Virus record (IMG/VR): IMGVR_UViG_3300025103_000069
Location: 1-36,294 of that record
Direction: 5' to 3' (one strand)
Length of the DNA stretch: 36,294 nucleotides
DNA from: a virus
Lineage: Duplodnaviria; Caudoviricetes
The notes under the pieces were generated by a model, which saw nothing but the letters and a program-made list of their open reading frames with translations, searched no databases and was not told where the DNA came from. Of the stretch, positions 7,651-16,800 are shown piece after piece. The first letter of the stretch is position 1. Each line of letters starts with the position of its first letter. A program made the translations under genes and the position numbers.

Positions 7651-7805
7651 GATGAGTATTCACCACCATAGATCTCAGTCGCAATTGTCCGATCAATATC
7701 AATAGTGGTAGTAGTGGTTGACTGCATTGACCCTTGTGTAAAATTAGGAGTCACTTGTGCTACAGCTGGACTAGCCAGCATTAATAAAGCTAGTAAGTAC
7801 TTCAT
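7458..7805 (-). CDS. secreted Thr-rich hypothetical protein
   Basis: Sec signal MKYLLALLMLASPAVA; VTPNFTQGSM motif. Confidence 0.75.
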   Translation of the reverse strand: MKYLLALLMLASPAVAQVTPNFTQGSMQSTTTTTIDIDRTIATEIYGGEYSSWSGTNVTPSGDILNSSTTYSVTNAGEQFQLELVERAAGVVETIDINETIEQVSTTTSLSIFSQ

Positions 7806-8098
7806 TCTTCTTTCTTTTTAGGATCTGATGATTTACTATTAGACTTATTGTTTGAAGTAGATAAACCAAAAGTGGCAAGCGCCCCTGTAAAAATAGACGC
7901 AGGAAAAGTAATATCCCCACCTACGCTTTTCTTAAACATTGGCAATTCTACGTAGTTTAAAGTAATAATAAAACCACTCCATACCACAACACCTAGACGT
8001 ACAAACGTACCTAAGATTTGAATTTCATCTTCAGTATTTTCCTTTACCTTTTTCAGGAAGTTTTTGGGCTTCCCTTCTTTTTCTGTAACTTGCTCCAT
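7802..8098 (-). CDS. two-TM membrane protein (holin-like candidate)
   Basis: two hydrophobic segments with charged termini. Confidence 0.7.
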   Translation of the reverse strand: MEQVTEKEGKPKNFLKKVKENTEDEIQILGTFVRLGVVVWSGFIITLNYVELPMFKKSVGGDITFPASIFTGALATFGLSTSNNKSNSKSSDPKKKEE

Positions 8099-8508
8099 GC
8101 TTGTTTAATTATTGGTTTAAAAAGCATCACTAAATATTTAAATAGTGATTGTCCAAGTAATGTGGCAGCAACTGATATAAACGCTGTAGTTGCTGCAGTA
8201 GTCATAATAGTATTTGTAGGCATTGGTACTTCAATGTCTGTAAAAGGTACTGTTATGATTTGCGCTTCTGGTGGAACATAAGGCTTGGTTAAAGTTGTCT
8301 TAGGTTTTGATTGCTGATTGCTTTGATTCCCATTAGGTGTCTTTACCTTCGGAACACCCGGCGGTGGTTTAAGCATATTAGGTGGCACCACAAGTGGCCT
8401 GTAAGAAGGCAAATCAGCTTGTGGTACTTCTAGTATAGGACCGGGTAAATTAGGCGCTTCAGGAAGCTCTAGAAGGGGGAAGACAGGTATTGCTTCCCAT
8501 TCCATCAT
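8053..8508 (-). CDS. Pro-rich protein with a C-terminal membrane segment
   Basis: ORF track; Pro-rich N-half, hydrophobic TAATTAFISVAATLLG, basic tail. Confidence 0.7.
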   Translation of the reverse strand: MMEWEAIPVFPLLELPEAPNLPGPILEVPQADLPSYRPLVVPPNMLKPPPGVPKVKTPNGNQSNQQSKPKTTLTKPYVPPEAQIITVPFTDIEVPMPTNTIMTTAATTAFISVAATLLGQSLFKYLVMLFKPIIKQAWSKLQKKKGSPKTS

Positions 8509-8678
8509 TCTTTTAGTTGTTCAGCTAAGTTTAAAATGTTTTCAGTTGTATTTGTACCTTCAGCTTGAACGTAAGCAAGAGTTTCTTCAACAGTCATATC
8601 TTGAATTGTCTGAAAATCATCTTGGGGGTTTTCGTCACCAAGTTGATGTTTGAGAGTTGATAAAATATCTGTTTCCAT
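8505..8678 (-). CDS. small acidic hypothetical protein (57 aa, METDILSTLKHQLGDENPQDD...)
   Basis: hand-translated; ATGA overlap with the downstream gene. Confidence 0.6.
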   Translation of the reverse strand: METDILSTLKHQLGDENPQDDFQTIQDMTVEETLAYVQAEGTNTTENILNLAEQLKE

Positions 8679-8683
8679 AATTA

Positions 8684-9334
8684 TTAAATAGTGTATTCAA
8701 ACCTGCTTCTAATTGCAAAGCCTTTAGAAGTATTTGTACTACCTCCTGATCCTTCGTAATATATGTATGTAGAGGAACTACTGTTATTGTAGTGCTTATC
8801 AGGTCCAGTACTGGAAGATGGAGTACTGCCAGAACGAATACTCCAACTTCTAGATGTAGCTTCTCCAGGGGTTAATGTAGTTGAAGTAGCAGCTGCATAG
8901 GATGAAGAGTTAGTACTAGGGGCATTAGAAAGAGAATGAGTTCTCCAATTATTAGAAGTAGTATTAGAGACTGTTCCATTTAAGTTAAAATCACAGAATG
9001 CTGCGTCAGTTTTAAAATCCGCATCTGCGCCTATAATTCCGACGAGAATTAACTTTCCTGATTCTCCAACATAATTAGTCACATCTACGGTCGCTAGATC
9101 CCATTCATCAGTATCTGAGGTATGTTGTTGACCACTTTTAGACCATAGTAGAACCCGATTGTTACCAACAACCTCCCAATAAAGGTAAAAGGATTCCATT
9201 TCGGAACCAAACATGTGGTACCTAAAAGTTAATTCGGCAGAAGCACCGCCACCGCCGCCGCCACCACCACTACCGCCAGAAGCCGCAACAATTGTCTTAG
9301 ATGAAATCGAAGTACTAGTTGCTGAAAGCCTCAT
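8684..9334 (-). CDS. poly-Gly-linked protein with a circularly permuted MAM-like domain
   Basis: LTFRYHMFG...LLWSKSGQQ...W...DAAFCDF precedes WSIRSGSTPSSSTGP...YIYYEGS. Confidence 0.7.
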   Translation of the reverse strand: MRLSATSTSISSKTIVAASGGSGGGGGGGGASAELTFRYHMFGSEMESFYLYWEVVGNNRVLLWSKSGQQHTSDTDEWDLATVDVTNYVGESGKLILVGIIGADADFKTDAAFCDFNLNGTVSNTTSNNWRTHSLSNAPSTNSSSYAAATSTTLTPGEATSRSWSIRSGSTPSSSTGPDKHYNNSSSSTYIYYEGSGGSTNTSKGFAIRSRFEYTI

Positions 9335-9633
9335 TAGACTAACTCCGTAACTTCCAGTACTCCATCAGTACTTGCATCACGGATGTAAGAAAGGTAAGAG
9401 GCGTTTCCTACTGCAAGGTCAAGGCGTTCACCATTAGCAATAAAATGTGAAGTAGTAGCACTAGCTGTCGCTGCAGTTGGTGCAATTTCATAACGCACAT
9501 CTGCTCCTACTGCTCGCATGCTAATACGATATACATTAGGACTTAGTTGTGTATTGGCAGATGCTGCTCCTGCTGTACATTGACGTGCTACGCCTGGTGA
9601 TCCTAGAATTTCTACGTTTTTAGTAAAGCTCAT
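9334..9633 (-). CDS. hypothetical beta-rich protein, probably virion-associated (99 aa)
   Basis: coupled on both sides; follows the tail-fibre module. Confidence 0.7.
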   Translation of the reverse strand: MSFTKNVEILGSPGVARQCTAGAASANTQLSPNVYRISMRAVGADVRYEIAPTAATASATTSHFIANGERLDLAVGNASYLSYIRDASTDGVLEVTELV

Positions 9634-9791
9634 TTCTTTAAATTAATACGGCTTGTGATAAATTGAATAGCATAATCATCTACAGTGTTATCTGTTGATT
9701 CAGCAATTTTTACTAGCAAATCAATTACTAGTTTTTTAACAGCTTCTGATTGTACAAAAGCAAACAGTACTGGACGGATAAGAGTAATCAT
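9630..9791 (-). CDS. conserved small cyanophage protein (MITLIRPVLFAF...STDNTVDD)
   Basis: start trimmed to ATG 9791, just after the upstream stop. Confidence 0.7.
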   Translation of the reverse strand: MITLIRPVLFAFVQSEAVKKLVIDLLVKIAESTDNTVDDYAIQFITSRINLKK

Positions 9792-9795
9792 AATT

Positions 9796-10293
9796 TTAAG
9801 ATGGTTCGGTTGGCCAAGTAATGTTGTGAGGAAAGCCTTCTGCTGACGGCAAGTCACGCAACGCTGCACGATAAGTTGCCCAAGCTGCTTTATCAGCAGT
9901 GCTATCAGCAAGCTGAGTCCAATCAGATTCAGTTAGCTTCTGAGTACGTGTAGTGCGTACAGCCGTAGCTGCTTTACTATCAACACCAGCTTTATATGCT
10001 GCTTCATTATCAGCAGCACTGGTTACAACACCTTCGCTATCTGTAGTGTCAGTAAAGACTGGACCAGCGATAAACTTAGTAAACCACTGTCCACTAACTT
10101 CTTCTACACCACTACGTGTACTAACACCATAAGGTGCAGTTACCGTAGCTGCAGGACCGTTAAGCACAGCATCATAGCCATAACTATCTAGGACTTCAGT
10201 TGTAATTTGCTTAGGGAAGCTTGTATTTGGTTGTGAGGCTTTGAACTGACTAACAGTAGTCAGCTCACCATTTGATCTGTTTCTAATTTCCAT
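9796..10293 (-). CDS. tail fibre assembly chaperone-like protein
   Basis: C-terminal VRTTRTQKLTESDWTQLAD...WATYRAALRDLP...FP.NITWPTEP. Confidence 0.85.
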   Translation of the reverse strand: MEIRNRSNGELTTVSQFKASQPNTSFPKQITTEVLDSYGYDAVLNGPAATVTAPYGVSTRSGVEEVSGQWFTKFIAGPVFTDTTDSEGVVTSAADNEAAYKAGVDSKAATAVRTTRTQKLTESDWTQLADSTADKAAWATYRAALRDLPSAEGFPHNITWPTEPS

Positions 10294-10311
10294 AGTTAGT
10301 TAGTTATTTGT

Positions 10312-12234
10312 TTAAGCGATTGCAAGGAAGATGTAGGTGTCGCCAGTTCCATTAAAATGATCAAAACCTGTAGCAACTGTAAAGCCAGAAGAGTGTGGAT
10401 CAATTCGATCGCTTGATGTTACTTGCGCAGCATTGGTGTTAAGTACCACGTATGGCTCATCGCCAACATTAATACCCCGCACTGTATCAAACACATACCA
10501 ATCACCAGTGCCACTTGTACGTTTAATCATCACAAACCTTGCACCATTTGTAAATCCGCAGTCAATATCTTGACTAGTACCGTTACCTGTGTAACTACCT
10601 ACCTTTGATATGCCAGGTAAAGTTGCGAAGAGATAGGCGAGAAGATTATAACCTGACTTGTTAACTTCAGGATCAGTTCCTACCGTAAATTCAGTTGATG
10701 TAGGAAATGTGTCATTCCACCAGGACGCCGAATCAACACCTGATGATGAATTATTTAATCTCATATAGTGAGTATTGTCACCATAATAGACAGCCCAGTT
10801 ATTTACATCAGTTCTTAACTTTATGATCATTAACTCCGGCGTAACTGTGAGGTTATGATTCACCGTTTGTGCTGAACCACTCCCCTCATATGCAACTACA
10901 TCAAAGAAACCTGGGGCACGCTTGAACATCCAAGATATCCTTTCGGTGTTATAAGTTGTACCCCAGCCAATGTTACTATCCATTACCCAGTTTGCACCAT
11001 TATTAACCTCTGCGGCAGCACTGTCAGTTTTTAATGCCTTTGCGGCTGTAAGTCTTGTTATTGTATCGAATGAATCAGTAGAACTGTGTACCTTTGCTAT
11101 AGCAAAATCAACAGGAAAGCCACTATCAAAAGCTGGGATGGTAGTTGATCCATTGCCATAATCAACAGCAAACACGTCCGTTCCAACTTCAGGCGGCTTA
11201 TGCGGACGGCGGATTGCCATGTAGATGTAGGTCTCACCACTAGAATTAAAGGGGCCGCTTGTTTCGGTTATTACAAATCCACTTTCATATACTCCTACCT
11301 TTGCATTAGCCTCTGTACCGTATGTGTTTGCGGCCAATCTTGGCACATCTACTTCATAATTCATCCCACGCATAACATCAAACATATGCCAATCACCGGA
11401 TCCATTTGAGGACACACCGGTTCTTTTGAATAGTACCCATTGTGGCTCAAACCCAATATCGATGTTTTTTCTTGAGCTATTTCCTGTAAAACTCCCACAT
11501 TTAATAATGCTTTCATCCTCATCAGTGCCAAACACTGGTTCGTCATCAGCAAAGATATAGGCTACATATGTTCTGCCAGGATCATTAACAGCACCAGAAT
11601 CACCTAAGGTAAAAACGCTGGCAGTAGGTGCTGTATCATTCCAGAAAAAAAGTTCGTCTTCAAATGCATCGTGTTCATCCAACTTAGCCCCATGAGTAGC
11701 ACCAGTGCTTTTATGATAAACACGCCAATTTTCAGCATGAGTTGTGCATTTAACAATTATCATCCCCGGCACACTGCCGAGTGAATGAGATACGGTTCTA
11801 CCAGCAGTACCATTTCCAGTATAAGTAACTACATCAAAGAAACCAGGCGCTTTGCGGAATGACCAGGATACATAGTCATTACCTGTTGCATTAAGTCCAG
11901 AACCAATGTTTTGTGGAGTGCCTAAAGTAAATCCATTTGAGTTAAAAGAAGAAAAATCAGTGCCAGTAGTTGTGTTATCAGAACTAGAATTAGTTGATAG
12001 ATATTTTGTAGCTCCTCTTTCTGTATCGTACAAATGATAACTGTATCCGTCAGTCTCCCTTTTTTTGCACCAAACTAACCCACCTTCGCCTGCCAAATCA
12101 AGTCCATTGTTGATTGGATTAGTTCCACTGTTGCCTTCATACAAATACGTACTAAAAACATCATCTACATAAACCGGATCTCCACCACCTGCACCTGCTG
12201 CAGCAATAACTGTTTGTTGTGTAATAGGATCCAT
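10312..12234 (-). CDS. tail fibre / receptor-binding protein with an internal duplication
   Basis: repeated WxF(R/K)(K/R)APGFFDVVxYxGxG and YTGNG units; lies between fibre and chaperone genes. Confidence 0.8.
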   Translation of the reverse strand: MDPITQQTVIAAAGAGGGDPVYVDDVFSTYLYEGNSGTNPINNGLDLAGEGGLVWCKKRETDGYSYHLYDTERGATKYLSTNSSSDNTTTGTDFSSFNSNGFTLGTPQNIGSGLNATGNDYVSWSFRKAPGFFDVVTYTGNGTAGRTVSHSLGSVPGMIIVKCTTHAENWRVYHKSTGATHGAKLDEHDAFEDELFFWNDTAPTASVFTLGDSGAVNDPGRTYVAYIFADDEPVFGTDEDESIIKCGSFTGNSSRKNIDIGFEPQWVLFKRTGVSSNGSGDWHMFDVMRGMNYEVDVPRLAANTYGTEANAKVGVYESGFVITETSGPFNSSGETYIYMAIRRPHKPPEVGTDVFAVDYGNGSTTIPAFDSGFPVDFAIAKVHSSTDSFDTITRLTAAKALKTDSAAAEVNNGANWVMDSNIGWGTTYNTERISWMFKRAPGFFDVVAYEGSGSAQTVNHNLTVTPELMIIKLRTDVNNWAVYYGDNTHYMRLNNSSSGVDSASWWNDTFPTSTEFTVGTDPEVNKSGYNLLAYLFATLPGISKVGSYTGNGTSQDIDCGFTNGARFVMIKRTSGTGDWYVFDTVRGINVGDEPYVVLNTNAAQVTSSDRIDPHSSGFTVATGFDHFNGTGDTYIFLAIA

Positions 12235-12235
12235 A

Positions 12236-12766
12236 TCAGTTCACATAATCAGCAAGAGCAGCACCGCGATATCGTGTGCCACCGTCATCGGTGACAAAGA
12301 CAAACAGGTGGGTTTTACCAGCAGTAAGTGTTGGCGGAGTATCCAACGGGAACTTAACACTAGCTGGCCAAGTTACTGTTCCTGATGTATGAGTAAGTTC
12401 TAAAGTAAAACTACCAGCAGTACCACTTGTAGGTGGGTTAGAAAAGGTAAAGGTAGAGTTAGCATTGATTGTTTTGGTAAAGTAATTACCAGTACTTAGA
12501 TCAATATCTAAAGCTGCTACTGCTTCTGCTGTTTGCTTATAAGGACCGTTAACAACTAGTGCTGGAGTAGTGACCGTACCTGTAAATGTTGGCGAAGCAA
12601 GATTATGTGAGGCATTAACAAGATTTGACCCTTCTTTTACATAAAGAATGTCTTGATCTGTTGCATAGCAGATTTCACCCTCTTGGATGTCTGCTTTATT
12701 AGTATTAAGATTAGAGTAAGTACCACGTGCTACGCGCACAGGTGTTCTGTTAGTAGGTGTAGGCAT
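12236..12766 (-). CDS. short tail-fibre-associated protein
   Basis: ARGT...EGEICYATD fibre N-terminal motif; IDLSTGNYF and VTWPASVKF beta domain. Confidence 0.75.
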   Translation of the reverse strand: MPTPTNRTPVRVARGTYSNLNTNKADIQEGEICYATDQDILYVKEGSNLVNASHNLASPTFTGTVTTPALVVNGPYKQTAEAVAALDIDLSTGNYFTKTINANSTFTFSNPPTSGTAGSFTLELTHTSGTVTWPASVKFPLDTPPTLTAGKTHLFVFVTDDGGTRYRGAALADYVN

Positions 12767-13851
12767 TAGTCGAAAGATCCTCCGTCAAAAGTTTGTGATG
12801 TAGTTACAAGTGAGCCGCCGGTATTAAAATTCCCAGCATCAATAGTTGGTGAACCACCATTACTCCAAGTCAATACTCCTACACCATCAGTAGTAAGTAC
12901 TTGATTTGTAGTTCCAGTATCATTAGGTAATGTCAGCGTATAACTAGCTGCTGCACTATGGGGTGGTCCTTTAATCTTTACACCATGAGAATTGTTCTCA
13001 CAGTTAAGAGTGATTTGACCAGAACCATTAGTTGCATCACCAGTAACAATTGGGAGGTTCTTTGTTAGGTAACGAGTCTCTGAATCATTAGCGAAATAAC
13101 TTAGAAACACCCAGCTTGTAGCTGATGTGTCGTACCTAAGTCTTACTGTTAATCCAGATGCACCCACAAAGCCGCTAGTAAGGCTTGTAAGGGGGCTAAA
13201 CGACTCAATACCTGTACTGTCACCAACTTCAATGTAATCATTGTCAGAGGGGCTTCCAGGTATCGCTGCTACGTTTGCTACTAGCGTGAATTGGATGGCA
13301 TTTGAAACAGCTGCACTAGCTGCGTTAGCTGTATTTACAGCTGCTGTGGCGTTTGATTCAGCTGTATTAGCAGTTGTAGTAGCAGAATTAGCTGTCGTAA
13401 CAGCAGCAGCACTGTTGGCTAAAGCGGTATTTGCCGTAGCCGTTGTTGCATTTGCCGTTGTAATGGCTGTTGCTGCGTTAGCTAATGCTGTATCAGCTGT
13501 TGACTTAGCTAGTTCTGACTTAACGTTAGCAGTAGCTACTTCAAAGTCAGCTTCCTGCGTAACATACAAACTTTGAGTAAAGTTTTGGTTTAGATCTTCT
13601 GCTTTAATAGCAGAGCCAGGGAAGAATGTAGCACTCAATAGGTCAATAGCTGTATCCCTAAAGATACGAATAGCTACACCATTAGCTGGTGCCGATGTAA
13701 ATGCAAGTGTTGTAGCGTTGGCAAATGTAAATGCAGTTGTAGCAACAGTATCAAGTGTTACCTTGACATCTGATTGTTTTAGATATTCAAATGTAAATGA
13801 ATAGTTCGTGGTTGAACCATTCCCTGTATATGTGTTTTGTGTAGTTGCCAT
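12766..13851 (-). CDS. tail fibre protein (T7 gp17-like N-terminal anchor)
   Basis: YTGNGSTTNYSFTFEYL...IRIFRDT...FFPGSAIKAEDLNQNFTQSLYVTQE followed by an Ala/Thr coiled coil. Confidence 0.92.
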   Translation of the reverse strand: MATTQNTYTGNGSTTNYSFTFEYLKQSDVKVTLDTVATTAFTFANATTLAFTSAPANGVAIRIFRDTAIDLLSATFFPGSAIKAEDLNQNFTQSLYVTQEADFEVATANVKSELAKSTADTALANAATAITTANATTATANTALANSAAAVTTANSATTTANTAESNATAAVNTANAASAAVSNAIQFTLVANVAAIPGSPSDNDYIEVGDSTGIESFSPLTSLTSGFVGASGLTVRLRYDTSATSWVFLSYFANDSETRYLTKNLPIVTGDATNGSGQITLNCENNSHGVKIKGPPHSAAASYTLTLPNDTGTTNQVLTTDGVGVLTWSNGGSPTIDAGNFNTGGSLVTTSQTFDGGSFD

Positions 13852-16800
13852 TAGTAACGAGTAGTTGGGATAATTCCTTGGGTGGCATTACGGTTATTAA
13901 TTTTTTGAATCAGAATACGTTGCTGGATACCATTTTTCATTTCTGAATCTAATGCTTCATACGCAAGATCTTCAGCTAATTTCTGTGCATCACGTAGCAT
14001 CGTATGGATTTGATCATACTTACCAATAGGTATTTGTTTAGAACTGTTGGGATTAAGTGGATCTGTTCGACGTGCTATTTTTAGTTCTTTAATTGTATTC
14101 CTAGCATCAGCTATTTTACTAATTCTACTAATTTCTTTTTTTAAAATTTGTTGTTCACCCATCTTTTTATATAATGCAGCACGTTCTGTATTAGTAAGGT
14201 CTACACCATCACGTGTTTTAAATGCACTAGATACATCATATTCAATATCTACTAAAAATTGTTCTTCTTTAGTCATACCAGGATGAATCTTTAGTGGAGA
14301 CATCTGGTTATAAAAACGATGAAATAAAGTATATTTGTTAGGCATCTCTCCAGTGATTGGATTAGTAATAGTAGGTAGTCTATTGGTATCATCAAATACA
14401 CCAAAGTACTTATTACGATTACCCAAATGACTCATAAGATCATTATTTAATTCCTTATACCCACCATCAAGTACTTCTCCAAACGCTTTACGTAGACCAG
14501 CCAACGGACCTAAAGAGTCAAATTGTGCAGCACTCCAACGTACCATTTGTGATTCGTTACCGCCTATCATTTCTGCAAGAGAAGACAAAGCAGACATACC
14601 AGCAGGTTCAGCTAAAGCTGCCGCTAGCATAAATGCTGACTTTTGAAAAAGATGTTCTACAGCAGTTTCACCTAACATGTCAAAATTATCAACAACGTTA
14701 GCCACAAAAGCAACCCAATTACTTAAACCAGGACCAAGTAATGCTTCATACTCCAACCTTACTCCACCAGGTAACAAAACTGTTCTTGGTTTAAAGTTAC
14801 TATTTTTAATTCGTGCTCTATTAAGCTTACGATCAAAATTACCATCACCCGTGGCACTAAATAAGCCATCTCCAAAAAGTTTATCTCTAAAAACAGTTCC
14901 AATTACAAGACTTGTAATAGCAGTGCCGACTGCTTTTCTACCTAATGTTCTATTTTTTATATCAATAATAGTATTAAGTTTAGCAGTAGGATCCATACGT
15001 TGAATTGGATGACCACGTTTTGTAAGAATGTTGTCTACTAATTCTGGGTTAGACATGAAATCTTTTATTGGAGTAAATGCTAGATCATTAATATCTTCTT
15101 GAAATGATTTAAATGGAAGAGGTAAATAATCATCACCTACTCTTACTAAATTCATAAACATTTTAGGATATGTTAAAAATGTCTGCATCCATGGTAACAT
15201 TTTTACTATACCATCTATTTCTTTAACAAGTGTAGTATCCAGATTTAATGCAATATCTGCTGTACTGTATTTAACAGCTTCATCTTTAATAACACCATTC
15301 CTATCAAACATGCTATCATATTCTTTAGTAGCTAATTCTTTGACACGAGCTGGTGTAGCAGCTTCACCTAAACGGTCTAGTTCATCCATAGCACGGAAAC
15401 GTGCCTGAGCATTAGCTATAGTAGCACTAGTCCAACCATCAAAACCAGTCATTAGATTAGGTTGTAATCTAAAAATTGGATCTTCAGCCATTGCGATTCC
15501 TTCTTCATAAAGATCAGTAAGGAATTTATAACCATGATTACCACGTGCTGCTTCAGCTTCTGCAATATAACGCCATTGAGCAAACTTTTCTTCTTTCTGA
15601 ATAGTTAAATCAAGACGTGTTTGACTTGCTACAGAGTTAGGGTTTTGTGATGCCTTCCTAAACATCTGCCCAGCATAAGGTATAGCTTTCTTTTGTGTAT
15701 CAAAGATAGCACTATAAGCCATCCAACCACGCTGAACTGCTTTCAGATCTTTTTGCATCAATGCACCAGCAAAATAAGTAACTGGTTCAGCTACAAGACC
15801 ACTTAGGTTACCATATAAAGCATTAATACCAGTTGCAGGATTAGATAGTTTAGAGTTGAAATAATTAGCTCTTAAAGCTTGGACAAGAATATTAGGTGAT
15901 TCTGGATTCCTATCAAAACCAAGCCTTAGTTTTGTAAGACCAAGAGCCATATCTTCATTCATTTTAGCAATAGTATTAATTTTACCATCACTAAGTTCAT
16001 AAAGTTCTAAGAATGCATCTAAAATATCGGGTCTATTTTCTTGTAAATACTGCCAGTTTGCTGTAAATTCATCACTTTGTTTTTGAATAGTACGTAATGC
16101 TTGTGGATAAGCTTCTTTAATACTTTCGGAAATTTCATCAGATGATTTACCAAAATTTTTTAATTTTTCAGCAAATAATAAGGCGCCTTTTTTTTCAGTA
16201 GCATAGTACCTAGTAGAATTTACTAACTGCTGTAAGAAATTAATATTATCGAGAAGTTTTTCTTGTGCATTTTCAATAGAAAGTGATCCTTTATTAATAC
16301 GAATGCCTTCTGATAAATCAGCAACTTGTCCAGCAATAGAAGTAGCAGTATAAGCTTGTGCTTTAGCTACATCCATACCAGAATAGTTTTTAACCATTGT
16401 ATTAATAGAACTTAAAGCATCAGTATAACCTTTTCCAGAAAGTACTTCAGCACCAAACTCATTCTTTGTAATGACTGGATCAAGGATTCGTCTGATCTCA
16501 TCAACACCAACCGTAGGGTCAAACAGTTCTAAAACAAGATTATCACCTTGAGCTTGAATCTCATCAAAACTAATTGCCCAATCAGCAGCATCCATCCTAT
16601 AACGATCAGCATCCTTTAGTTGCTTAGTAAGACCAATAGTAATTTCTTCTACAGCACCAGGTGTTTCAACACCAAATTTAAGAGCAGGTTCACTAATGAA
16701 ATTACGTAGACGACCATATACTGTACCTTTGTTAGATGCAATACGTGCTGCATCAACACTAGCACCAACGATACCGAAGTCATCTACTGAACGCATACCT

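Noticed and set aside
13241-13576. plus-strand Ala/Val-rich 111-aa ORF
   Set aside because: Antisense shadow of the Ala/Thr coiled coil of the tail fibre.
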